Shown piece after piece: positions 27,952-37,784 of a stretch of DNA of 64,000 nt. Position numbers and translations under genes: made by a program. Position 1 is the stretch's first letter, and every line of letters starts with the position of its first letter. The stretch lies in NCBI GenBank assembly GCA_048886685.1, contig JBHLKM010000003.1:64001-128000 (forward strand), given 5' to 3'. Under the pieces are notes generated by a model, which saw nothing but the letters and a program-made list of their open reading frames with translations, had not been told where the DNA came from and did not search any database. The DNA comes from Candidatus Hodarchaeota archaeon. GTDB lineage: Archaea; Asgardarchaeota; Lokiarchaeia; Sigyniarchaeales; SOKP01.

Positions 27952-29196
27952 TTATCCCCTCCTAAAAATTGCTACTGCTCCAGTTCCAGAAGGAATTCCA
28001 CGCCATGATTGTGCAAGTCCCACTTCAACATCTGGTACTTGTCTCTTACCAGCATGCCCACGCAATTGAGTTACTATTTCTAAAGATTTTTGCATTCCAG
28101 TAGCTTCAAGACAATTACCAACTCCTAATGAACCACCCGATGTGTTGGTTGGAAGTGACCCATTGATTTCTAGTGCACCCTCTTCAATCAAATGCCCAGC
28201 TTCACCAGGTCTGGCAAAACCTAGTGCTTCTAGGTGTTGGAGCTCCTTATAAGAAAATCTATCATCAACTTCAGCAATACCAATCTCATTTTTGGGTTCT
28301 ATTATTTTAGCCATTTTATAGGCCATTTTAGCGGCGATTCTCGCATAATCAGCATCCATTCCTCTTGTTGAGAGCCATGGTGTTTCTGATCCATAGCCGA
28401 AACCTTCTAAATAGATTAGTTCGGTGCCTAAACTCTTCGCGGTCTTATCATCTGCAAGTACAAAACATATAGCACCATCAACTAATGGAGCAATATCTAA
28501 ACTTTTAACCGGCTTAAAAAGATATTCCGATTTCATTACATCTTCAACTTCTATCTTTGCTTCATAATCAGAATAAGGATTAAAAAAAGCGTTTCTTTTA
28601 TTTTTCACAACTACAGCTGCACATTGTTCTTCTGTTGTACCAGTTTTTTTAAGATAATGTTGCATTTCTAGTCCTGCTAAAAAGTAGGGATGTATTCTTT
28701 CCTTTTCATCAGATCTACCTATTAAGTGCTTAGGATTTTCAGGAGGATATTCAGGACTTCCTGCATAATTTGGTCGTTCAACAGGACCACTAATAGGTTT
28801 TTCAAATCTTGGATCAAACGCATGAAGAACAATATCTCCGTAAGTTAATAAATCAGAAGCTTTACTATGCGCTTCAACAGCAACCACATCAAGATATCCA
28901 GTTTTTATTTGCATATAGGCATTTCCGAGTCCTTGTATTCCATCTCCACTTACAGTGCAACATGGCCTTAATAATGCTCCTATTTGGTCTGGAACAAATT
29001 CATCAAAAATACTAAATCCTTCCCAAAAATCTTCTGCACAAGTTATAAAACTATCGACGTCTTTCCTCACATCAATACCCGCATCAACATAAGCTTTTTT
29101 ACAAGCTTCATACATTATATCTTTCCATTGCATATCTGGCGTCATTGAATTGAAATCTGTATGTCCAATTCCAATGACACACACTTTTCTACTCAT
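27952..29196 (-). CDS. Thiolase-family protein (SCPx/Ltp-type, no nucleophilic Cys) with a 31-aa loop insertion
   Basis: EDFWEG.SIFDE, SGDGIQG, VKNKRNA, AEVDDRFSYKE, NTSGGSLG. Probable start MSRKV at 29196 (ORF track 29229). Confidence 0.9.
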   Translation of the reverse strand: MSRKVCVIGIGHTDFNSMTPDMQWKDIMYEACKKAYVDAGIDVRKDVDSFITCAEDFWEGFSIFDEFVPDQIGALLRPCCTVSGDGIQGLGNAYMQIKTGYLDVVAVEAHSKASDLLTYGDIVLHAFDPRFEKPISGPVERPNYAGSPEYPPENPKHLIGRSDEKERIHPYFLAGLEMQHYLKKTGTTEEQCAAVVVKNKRNAFFNPYSDYEAKIEVEDVMKSEYLFKPVKSLDIAPLVDGAICFVLADDKTAKSLGTELIYLEGFGYGSETPWLSTRGMDADYARIAAKMAYKMAKIIEPKNEIGIAEVDDRFSYKELQHLEALGFARPGEAGHLIEEGALEINGSLPTNTSGGSLGVGNCLEATGMQKSLEIVTQLRGHAGKRQVPDVEVGLAQSWRGIPSGTGAVAIFRRG

Positions 29197-29511
29197 AAAA
29201 GTACCTTTTTCATTTTTTTTGAATTTCAAATATTTCTGCTAAAAGATTTTATTTTTATAATATATTCGATAATTTATTGTTAGGTTTCATTTTGATTAAA
29301 AGATTTCTAATTAAGGCAGATGAAAACGAGTGGGAAAAATTTCCTATTCTATATAAATCAATAATCTCTAAACAATGCCCTTAAGTGTTTTCTATTACTT
29401 AAAGAGTTTAAATTAAAGATTTGATACACAAGGTAAATCTTTATTTTTAATTCATTTTTAAATAATATTGTAAAAAATTCATTAATGTTAAAAATGAATT
29501 GATGATAAGTT

Positions 29512-30846
29512 ATGGATACGAGAATAAGTGAGTTTGAGCCTATTCGAATCCAGCGATATGTTCCTGAGTTGGATTTATTGAGCAATCCAGTTCTGAATGC
29601 TAAAGAAAAGGAATTTTTGGCAGATCTATATGATTTCATGGAGAAAGAACTCGATCCTGAGTTAAGAAAACTAGAGAATCTTAATTACTATGTAGAGGAA
29701 CCGACCCAAGATAAAAAGAAAGAAATAGTAGTTAGTATAATGAAAATGTTAGCAGATAAGGGATATTACTCTACAATACTTAATGCTGAGGATTTTGAGG
29801 TTGGTAGAATTACAAGAAATGCTCTTATAGCATTTGCTATATGTGGGGGACGGTGGAGTGAATATAGTGAAAAATATATTGCCGGAAATTATAGCATTGA
29901 AATGGGAAGACTATCGGGAGGAACACTCTATTGTAACCCCGTTAATTATGCTTCTGACGAGACGCAAAAAGAACGATTTTTAGTACCAGTTGCTATTGAT
30001 GGTCAAATTGGAGCTTCAGCAATGACAGAATTTAACGCTGGTTCAGATATTTTTAGTATGGAACTAAGATTGCACGAAAGAGATAATAATTTAATTGCCA
30101 AAGGTAAGAAATTGTTTATTACAAATGGGATGATCGCTGACTATATAGTTCTTTATGGGCGATTAGATAATGGACAATTAGGTGCTGTGGTAGTTGATAC
30201 GGAACATCAGAAGCTAAAGAACTTCAGAAGCACCAGGGTTCGAACTTATGGAATGACTGATGCTTTTGTAAGTCGTTTAATCTTTGATAGAGTAGAGATC
30301 CCAAAAGAAAATATGCTTCACGGTAATGGACTTGATATTGCATTTCACCAATTGACTGAGGAGAGATTAGTCATTAGCGCTGAGGCGCTTGGAGATGCCA
30401 TGAAAAAACTTCTTTATTCACATGCTTATGCTCTTCAACGTATGCAATTTGAAAAAAGACTACACCAATATCAAGTTATTCGATTTCCCATTTCTAAAAA
30501 AATCCGAGAGCTAAACCTAATGTTTTCAGCATTAATACAATACGCACGACAGATGGATGAACATCCAGAATTGGGAGATTCTAAATTAATGGCTGCTAAT
30601 GCTATGGGGTTAAAAATCAGCGCAACTGAGTTGGGATTTGAGAGTGCTATCCATTGCTTCAGAACTCTGGGAGGACGTGGATTCACACGTCAATATGCAA
30701 ATGAAATAGGATTGTTAGATCCATATTGTATGCTCCACGGGGGAGGCAGTAATTATGTTTTAGAGGATAGTGAATCACGAAGATTCTTTAAACATAAACC
30801 TACAAGACGAGAAGTTGAGGATATTATTCCAAAAATAGACTATTAA
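29512..30846 (+). CDS. Acyl-CoA dehydrogenase family protein
   Basis: SAMTEFNAGSD, GKKLFITNG, LTEERL, R.QF...L..YQ, LGGRGF. Confidence 0.92.
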   Translation: MDTRISEFEPIRIQRYVPELDLLSNPVLNAKEKEFLADLYDFMEKELDPELRKLENLNYYVEEPTQDKKKEIVVSIMKMLADKGYYSTILNAEDFEVGRITRNALIAFAICGGRWSEYSEKYIAGNYSIEMGRLSGGTLYCNPVNYASDETQKERFLVPVAIDGQIGASAMTEFNAGSDIFSMELRLHERDNNLIAKGKKLFITNGMIADYIVLYGRLDNGQLGAVVVDTEHQKLKNFRSTRVRTYGMTDAFVSRLIFDRVEIPKENMLHGNGLDIAFHQLTEERLVISAEALGDAMKKLLYSHAYALQRMQFEKRLHQYQVIRFPISKKIRELNLMFSALIQYARQMDEHPELGDSKLMAANAMGLKISATELGFESAIHCFRTLGGRGFTRQYANEIGLLDPYCMLHGGGSNYVLEDSESRRFFKHKPTRREVEDIIPKIDY

Positions 30847-30975
30847 TAATATTCTCTTGAAGGTTAAATAGATTTTCTTGAAAGCTTAAACACCAATATT
30901 CCAAAGTTATTTTAGTTTTATTATAAATCTTAAGAGAATAAATTATTAAATATCTTGACCTAATTATTTTAGATA

Positions 30976-31950
30976 ATGGTTTCTTACGATACCCAAAGCT
31001 TTGATATCACCCATTTAGTAAAACAATATCGAGGAAAGAAATTAGAAGAATTATATCAAGAAAATCATCATATAATTAGGAATAAAATGGGTGAATTCAT
31101 GGAATTAATTTGGAAGGAAAATGACTTTCCATGTGATTTAAAGCTTCATCTAACTAGAAAAAAGTTATTGTATAATCTAAAAACGGTCCATTACATTGGA
31201 GAATTTATAGAAAACAGATTAAAGAGTAGAGGCATAAAAACCCTAAAGGACTTGAGATTTTTAAATTTAAGATATAGACGGTCTGCTAATTTTATTTTAG
31301 AATTAATAGAGAAAAAAGACTATAAAAATCTTAAGGAAAATAAATATATTGATGATTTAGATGTAATTTTTTGCTTTAAAATTGAGGATCTACTTTTTCT
31401 TGATATTGAAACCTTAGGATTGTTTGATAATGCTATAATTATTGTAGGAATTGGATTTTTTAGAGATAAGAAATATGAGATCCATTTATTTTTTGCTCGT
31501 AGCTTAGAAGAGGAAATTGCCATTTGTGAACACTTAAAAACGGAAATACTTCCTAAATTTAAATGTTTTATTACTTATAATGGAAAACGGTTCGATATTC
31601 CTTACATCGCTAATCGTTTCCTGTATTATTTTGATGAAAATCCCATGATTTCTGATAAGGAAATTACCTATGAAACTAGTAATACTAATTTTCATCATAT
31701 AGATCTTTATCATGTCTGTCGTCGAAGATTTAGGGGATTGTTCAAAAGATACACCCTCACAAATATTGAAGAGCAATTATTAGAAATGAAAAGACAAAAT
31801 GAGCTCCCAAGTAATATGGTTCCTATGTTTTATAAAAAATATCGATCAAATCCTAAAAGATATATTGGATTAATCAAAGAATGCATTGAACATAATTACT
31901 ATGATGTTTATTCTATGCCTCTTATCCTAAATAAGTTACTAAAAGCTTAA
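30976..31950 (+). CDS. YprB-like RNase H-fold exonuclease domain protein
   Basis: LFLDIETLGL, ITYNGKRFDIP, HHIDL, HNYYDV (DEDD-type motifs). Confidence 0.85.
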   Translation: MVSYDTQSFDITHLVKQYRGKKLEELYQENHHIIRNKMGEFMELIWKENDFPCDLKLHLTRKKLLYNLKTVHYIGEFIENRLKSRGIKTLKDLRFLNLRYRRSANFILELIEKKDYKNLKENKYIDDLDVIFCFKIEDLLFLDIETLGLFDNAIIIVGIGFFRDKKYEIHLFFARSLEEEIAICEHLKTEILPKFKCFITYNGKRFDIPYIANRFLYYFDENPMISDKEITYETSNTNFHHIDLYHVCRRRFRGLFKRYTLTNIEEQLLEMKRQNELPSNMVPMFYKKYRSNPKRYIGLIKECIEHNYYDVYSMPLILNKLLKA

Positions 31951-31985
31951 ATAAAAGGTATATTAATTTTAAGAAAAGTAGAGGA

Positions 31986-32366
31986 TTATTTCTTATTTTT
32001 TTTTAATAATCGTTCAATACTTTTGTAAATATCATCGTCTTTGAACGGCTTTTTAATATAATCTTTTGCTCCTTTTTCAGTAGCTTCCAAAATCGATAAT
32101 TCTTGTCCCATTGCACTAACAACGACTATGTTTGCGGCTTTATCAAATTTCATTATTTCTTCAATTGCTTGGAGTCCGTCATAATTAGGCATAACTAAAT
32201 CCATGGTTACTAAGTCTGGCTTCAAATCTTTATATAATCCTACTGCATCTTCTCCATTAGAAGCTTCCCCTATAACTTCCGCAAAATCCATATTCCCTAT
32301 AATTTTTTTAATTCGATTTCTTACAAATGTTGCATCATCAACTATCAATATTTTTGATTTCTTAAT
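31986..32366 (-). CDS. cheY: Single-domain response regulator (CheY-like)
   Basis: IVDD, VTMDLVMP, VSAMGQ, GAKDYIKKPF. The full beta-1 strand (KILIVDD) needs an ATT start at 32366 (ORF track 32348). Confidence 0.85.
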   Translation of the reverse strand: MKKSKILIVDDATFVRNRIKKIIGNMDFAEVIGEASNGEDAVGLYKDLKPDLVTMDLVMPNYDGLQAIEEIMKFDKAANIVVVSAMGQELSILEATEKGAKDYIKKPFKDDDIYKSIERLLKKNKK

Positions 32367-32613
32367 TTAACTCACTTTTTTTAATGGTTTATTATAGGTG
32401 TTTTATGACTCTAAATTAGTAAAAGAACTTTATTATAAAGTTATCCGATACTGCCTAATTTCGTTATCATTAATAGTACATCAAGTGACAAGTTTGTTTC
32501 TACGATGTTAAAATAGACGACAAAACAATATGCTAAAAAAAGTATCGAAACTTTGAAAAAAACAATCAAAGAAACTTTAATTACTTAATAATCACTTTAA
32601 AATTTTGATATAA

Positions 32614-34296
32614 ATGACTGAATTAGTAGAGAAACTATTTACTCAAAACTGGAATTATAAAAATCGTCAAGAAGTTATTAAAAGATTACAGAAAAATCAT
32701 TATGATATTATCGTAATAGGAGCAGGTATCACTGGAGCGGGTGTTGCAAGAGAAGCTTCTATGAGAAACTTAAAAGTTGCCGTTGTAGATAAACAAGATT
32801 TTGCCGCTGGAACCTCTTCACGGAGTTCAAAACTAGCACATGGAGGTATAAGATATTTAGGTCTAGGGGAAATGGATCTTGTTCGAGAATCAACAACAGA
32901 AAGAAATTGGATGAGAGTCCATATCCCACATTTAGTAAGACCAATACCATTTCTGTTTATTGCATTAAAAGGGGGTAAATATAAGAAGCGAGACATAATT
33001 GGGGCATGTAGAATTTATGATTTTTTAGGTAATGACAAATCTGATTTTAAGAATTATAAAAATCACAGTTGGTATTTACCAGAAGAAATTTTTAAGATGG
33101 AACCTGAGTTTATTAGGGAAGGAAATATTGGTGGTGCTGTGTATTATGATAATAATGTTGATGATGCTAGACTAACCATTGAAACCTTAAAAGAAGCCAT
33201 TGTTAGAGGTGCAGATGTAGTAAATTATTGCAAAGTAATTGGTTATATTAAAGATAACGCCAAAATCTTGGGAGTAAAATGCACAGATTTAGAAAATGAA
33301 TCAGATTTTGAAATAAAGGGGACTTTAGTAATAAATGCTACAGGAATTTGGACTGATGAATTATTAGAGACTTATCCTGAACATATTCCAAAACCATTAA
33401 TTCGCCCTACAAAAGGAGTTCATTTACAATTTAAAAGGGAACATGTTAAAAATAATATGGCTACGATTATTCGCTCAATTCATGACGATAGAGCTTTTTT
33501 TGTATTACCCCGAAATGATAATTTTACTATAATTGGAACTACTGATACAGATTATAAAGCTAATTTAGAAAATCCATTTTGTAATAAAGATGATGCTGAT
33601 TATTTATTAAAATCTGTAAAACATTATTTTCCCAATGCGGAGTTAGAATATGATAACATTTTATCCACATATGCCGGGATAAGACCTTTAGTTATGCAAA
33701 AAGGCAAATCTGAAAGTGAAATTTCCCGAAAACACATTATTTTTTTCTCAAATGATGGATTATTAACAATAACGGGTGGGAAATTAACAGCATTTAGGAG
33801 TATGGCTGAAGATTTATTTAAAAAAATTGAAGAAAAAGAGATATTTCCTGCTATTGCAAGAAAGGATAATTTTTCAAAACAAAAATATTTAATTAGCTTA
33901 GATAAACACGAATGGCTTGAAATCTTGAAAAATTCAGACATTCAATTAGATGAAGATATAACTGAACATATTTATCAGCAATATGGAAAAGGAACCTTAA
34001 AAATTCTTGAGATTATCAAAGAAAATGAAACTCTTAAAGAGAAAATTCTAAAAGAAAATTATTTTATTAAAGCAGAAATAGTTTATTGTCTGAGATATGA
34101 AATGACACAACATTTAATGGATTTGTTTTGTCGTCGAACAGAGATGTCTCTCTGGATTGGTCATAAAAATGCGATTAAAGCAGCTGAAATAGTCGCTGAC
34201 ATCATGGCAAGAGAATATGATTGGAATGAAGAGAAGAAAAAGCAAGAAATAAATGCCTACATTGAATATGTTAAAAAAACAGTTTCTTTTATCTAA
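32614..34296 (+). CDS. glpD: FAD-dependent glycerol-3-phosphate dehydrogenase/oxidase
   Basis: IGAGITGAG, GTSSRSSKLAHGGIRYL, DDARL, IGTTDT, GGKLTAFR. Confidence 0.92.
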   Translation: MTELVEKLFTQNWNYKNRQEVIKRLQKNHYDIIVIGAGITGAGVAREASMRNLKVAVVDKQDFAAGTSSRSSKLAHGGIRYLGLGEMDLVRESTTERNWMRVHIPHLVRPIPFLFIALKGGKYKKRDIIGACRIYDFLGNDKSDFKNYKNHSWYLPEEIFKMEPEFIREGNIGGAVYYDNNVDDARLTIETLKEAIVRGADVVNYCKVIGYIKDNAKILGVKCTDLENESDFEIKGTLVINATGIWTDELLETYPEHIPKPLIRPTKGVHLQFKREHVKNNMATIIRSIHDDRAFFVLPRNDNFTIIGTTDTDYKANLENPFCNKDDADYLLKSVKHYFPNAELEYDNILSTYAGIRPLVMQKGKSESEISRKHIIFFSNDGLLTITGGKLTAFRSMAEDLFKKIEEKEIFPAIARKDNFSKQKYLISLDKHEWLEILKNSDIQLDEDITEHIYQQYGKGTLKILEIIKENETLKEKILKENYFIKAEIVYCLRYEMTQHLMDLFCRRTEMSLWIGHKNAIKAAEIVADIMAREYDWNEEKKKQEINAYIEYVKKTVSFI

Positions 34297-34398
34297 ATAT
34301 TTACTTTCTTTTTTTTTTTGAAATATTGGACTATATATTTTTAATAAATATTATTTTATATATTCATTATAATAATATATCCAAAATTAAATTAAAGC

Positions 34399-35079
34399 GT
34401 GATTAAATTGATTTTTGAGTGGGACTTTACAGACAATTTTTTAAAACCCCTTGGAGAATTTGGTGGTTTTTTCATGATAATTCTAGGGATAATCTGGGTA
34501 ATTTTCGTGGCATACGAAACACGAAGAAGAAAATCTTTTAAAAAAAGGAAAGTGGAAGAGTGGGATTTTGATGTAACGAAATTCTTGAAGATTTTAACGT
34601 ATCTGGGATTTTTAATTGGACTATTTAGCATTTTAACTGGAGCTGCAGAATTAATGTTTGATATACCACCAACGAATAGATTTGAAGATGTAAATGGCGA
34701 TGCTACTAGTGTTTTTACAGCAATTATGTTGATTATATTAGGAATTTTAACATTTGTTAAACCTGGAAATGATCTTCCGATTGCAAGCATGTTTGGTATT
34801 TTTGCAGCTTCAGCAGTTATAATTATTATTACACTCGTTCTCCCACCAGAAGTTGAACAAGTGATTGGTGCTTTTATAAACTTTCGATTATTCTTGTTCA
34901 TTGTTTTTATAATTATTTTCGCGATAATCGCTCTTATCGTGAAATTTTATACATCTGGCTTCATGGCTGTTTCTAAAGCACTCTCGTGGCCACCTTTGGC
35001 AGTTATTGTTGCTGCATTCTGTTTTATACAAGGATTTTTGTTACTGGTGTTTGGAGTTTCAATTACAGGTGTATTTTAA
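34399..35079 (+). CDS. Multi-pass membrane protein of unknown function
   Basis: 226-aa ORF with about six hydrophobic segments. Confidence 0.75.
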   Translation: MIKLIFEWDFTDNFLKPLGEFGGFFMIILGIIWVIFVAYETRRRKSFKKRKVEEWDFDVTKFLKILTYLGFLIGLFSILTGAAELMFDIPPTNRFEDVNGDATSVFTAIMLIILGILTFVKPGNDLPIASMFGIFAASAVIIIITLVLPPEVEQVIGAFINFRLFLFIVFIIIFAIIALIVKFYTSGFMAVSKALSWPPLAVIVAAFCFIQGFLLLVFGVSITGVF

Positions 35080-35152
35080 ATCTTAATTTATTTTTTATTT
35101 TTATCTTTAAAAGATTTAAAAATTTCATTTGTTTCATTCAAATTTAATACTT

Positions 35153-36265
35153 TCAATAGAAACTAAATCTATGTGAGAGATTTTTATTAATTTCTCCAAT
35201 AATATCATTATTTAGCTTATAGGCACATTTTGGGCATTTTTTTTCATTTGTAACATCTATTTTCTTAAAACTATATCCTCTTCTTTCAAATAATAAATGT
35301 CCACAATTTGGACAATATGTATTACTCCCTTGCTCATGGTTTATATTGCCTACATAGGGAAAATATAATCCCACATCCTTTGCAACTTTATATGCCATAT
35401 CTAAAGTTGCATAGGGTGTTCTTTTATTAGAAGGAGCTTTGAAATCAGGATGATATGCAGAAAAATGTGTAGGAGTATCTTTTCCTAAATTATCTACAAT
35501 CCAATTACATAATTTTTCAATATCTTCTTTACTATCATTTAGATCTGGAATGATCAAATTTGTAATCTCAACATGCATACCATTTGTTTTAAAATATTTA
35601 GCTGTTTCTAGTACGGGTTGTACAGATTTAACTCCACAAATTTTTTTATAAAAATCATCTTTCATTGCTTTAATATCGACATTAGCCGCATCAATACCCG
35701 CTTGTACGAGCTCCTTAGAAGCTTCTGGTGTAGAATATCCATTTGTAACTAAAATAGTTTTAATATCTTTCTCTTTAAGTAATCTTGCTGTATCTAATAT
35801 CCATTCATGCCAAATTAAAGGTTCGTTATATGTATATGCTAAGGTTTTTGCCCCACTCTTAACAACTTTTTTAACTAGCTGGTCAGGAGTCATTTCTACT
35901 AAAGACATTCCTCGTCCCTGATAGCCCTCAAGATCATAAAATCCATTTTTTCCATTATCTGTTGGGTTAGCTTGAGATATAGACCAATTTTGACAATTCT
36001 GACACTTAAAAGAACATCCTATTGATGCTATTGAGTAAGCTGTGGCGCCTGGCCAAAAATTGTAGAGTGGTTTTTTTTCAATAGGATCAAGACTTCCAGC
36101 AGAAATATGGGATCCATAAATTAAAGTGAATAATTCTCCATCAAAATTTTTTCTCGTTCGACATATACCCACTTTTTCAGGTAAAATAATACATTCATTT
36201 GCACAAATATGACATTGAACTTTATTGTTATCTAGGCTATTCCATAACCTTGCTTTTACTTTCAT
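35153..36265 (-). CDS. amrS: AmmeMemoRadiSam system radical SAM enzyme
   Basis: C..C...C N-terminal Zn motif, DPIEKKPLY.F.PG, GCSFKCQNCQNW, YTYNEP, TYCPNCG. Confidence 0.92.
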   Translation of the reverse strand: MKVKARLWNSLDNNKVQCHICANECIILPEKVGICRTRKNFDGELFTLIYGSHISAGSLDPIEKKPLYNFWPGATAYSIASIGCSFKCQNCQNWSISQANPTDNGKNGFYDLEGYQGRGMSLVEMTPDQLVKKVVKSGAKTLAYTYNEPLIWHEWILDTARLLKEKDIKTILVTNGYSTPEASKELVQAGIDAANVDIKAMKDDFYKKICGVKSVQPVLETAKYFKTNGMHVEITNLIIPDLNDSKEDIEKLCNWIVDNLGKDTPTHFSAYHPDFKAPSNKRTPYATLDMAYKVAKDVGLYFPYVGNINHEQGSNTYCPNCGHLLFERRGYSFKKIDVTNEKKCPKCAYKLNNDIIGEINKNLSHRFSFY

Positions 36266-36388
36266 AATAATCCACTTACTTTATTTGATTTTCATTGAGA
36301 TTATTCTCTAAATATATAATAGATAGGTAATTTTATATTTCTTATAGATTTAAAATATTATTTTCAAAACATTAGGCAGGTATTCGAA

Positions 36389-36826
36389 ATGTCAAGGGTA
36401 GAAAAAGCTGTTTCTTCTTTTAGAGGAGATTTTAATTGTGCTCAATCCATATTGAGCACATATGGTATTCAATATGGACTAAATCGAGATACAGCTTTAA
36501 AATTAGCTACAGGTTTTGGCGGGGGCATGGCAAGATTTGGGAGAACATGTGGTGCCATTTCTGCGGCTTTTATGGTCATTGGCTTAAAATATGGTATGGG
36601 AATAAATGGGAAAATAAAATTAAAAGAAAAGACATATCAGCTTATTAGAGAATTTTCTAGCCAATTTCAAGGAATTCATGGCTCTTTAATTTGTAGGGAA
36701 TTACTCGAGTGTGATATTAATACACCAGAAGGTAAGAACTATTACTCTCAAAATGAATTATTTGAAAAGAAATGTCTGCAATATGTAAAGAACTCAGCAG
36801 AAATTTTAGAAAAAATATTAGAATGA
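36389..36826 (+). CDS. C-GCAxxG-C-C family putative redox protein
   Basis: FNCAQS, GFGGGM..TCGA, ICRELL, KC..YV. Confidence 0.9.
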   Translation: MSRVEKAVSSFRGDFNCAQSILSTYGIQYGLNRDTALKLATGFGGGMARFGRTCGAISAAFMVIGLKYGMGINGKIKLKEKTYQLIREFSSQFQGIHGSLICRELLECDINTPEGKNYYSQNELFEKKCLQYVKNSAEILEKILE

Positions 36827-36862
36827 GATTAAGTAAAACAATTAGTTTTAATTTGAATTTTT

Positions 36863-37780
36863 ATGACAAATAATGAAACAGATCTCAATAAAGAGGAATT
36901 GCAAGGTTTATTAAATAGAAAGCAGGAAAATATTGCAGAGTTAGAAAAAATCGGTAAAAATTCAAATTATATTAAAGAATTAAGTGATATCGCTTTAATT
37001 CAACTGCAATTAGAACAATATAATGACTCAGAGAAAAATCTTTTAATTTGTTTAAAGCATTTTGAGAAACAAAAAGATAGATTAGGACAAGCTTCTGTTT
37101 ATGGAATATTAGGAACCTTGTTCTATAAAAAAGGTGATTATCTAATATCTATTGAGTATTATGAAAAAGCATATGAGATATATGAGGAATTAATACAAAT
37201 TCAAGAAAAGATCACCTGTTTAAAAGGAATAGGTAATAGTTTAATAAAATTAAACAAATTGGACGAAGCTTGTGATATTTTTTTAGATTGTAGTGCTATT
37301 TGTTCTGATAATAATGATATCTACAATTTATTAGACTGTCTAGGAAATTTAATTTATATTTATGAAACAAATGAAACATGGGATGTAGTTTTTGAACTTT
37401 ATAAAAAAACTTTAAAAGCTTTTAAACAAATAAATGATTCTAAAGGAATAATTACATCATATTATAACTTAGGAATCCTTGAAAAAAATAATCATAATAT
37501 GAGAGAGGCACTACGATATTTTAAGAAAGGCACTAATAAAGCAATTGATTCTAACTATACTGAGTTAATTATTAAAGGTTTAGGCTATGTTGGAGAGAGT
37601 TTGTTTTATTTAGGAGAAATTAAAGACGCTAAAAATCAATTTATAAAAGCATTACACTTAGCAAATCAAATTAAAGCCGAGAATGCTAAACTTCAATTCC
37701 ATGTCTTGCTCCAATCACTTGGGTTAAAAGATCAACAAATTATAGATGAATTAAGGATGTATAAATATAGTTTGAAATGA
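36863..37780 (+). CDS. Tetratricopeptide-repeat protein
   Basis: Repeated A..Y..LG..Y...G.Y..A..YY helical units. Confidence 0.88.
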   Translation: MTNNETDLNKEELQGLLNRKQENIAELEKIGKNSNYIKELSDIALIQLQLEQYNDSEKNLLICLKHFEKQKDRLGQASVYGILGTLFYKKGDYLISIEYYEKAYEIYEELIQIQEKITCLKGIGNSLIKLNKLDEACDIFLDCSAICSDNNDIYNLLDCLGNLIYIYETNETWDVVFELYKKTLKAFKQINDSKGIITSYYNLGILEKNNHNMREALRYFKKGTNKAIDSNYTELIIKGLGYVGESLFYLGEIKDAKNQFIKALHLANQIKAENAKLQFHVLLQSLGLKDQQIIDELRMYKYSLK

Positions 37781-37784
37781 AATT

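Noticed and set aside
28693-28785. In-frame BHB intron in thiolase 27952..29196
   Set aside because: No 4-bp helix with 3-nt bulges at the homology-defined ends, and the inverted repeat is offset from them. Kept only as an insertion finding.
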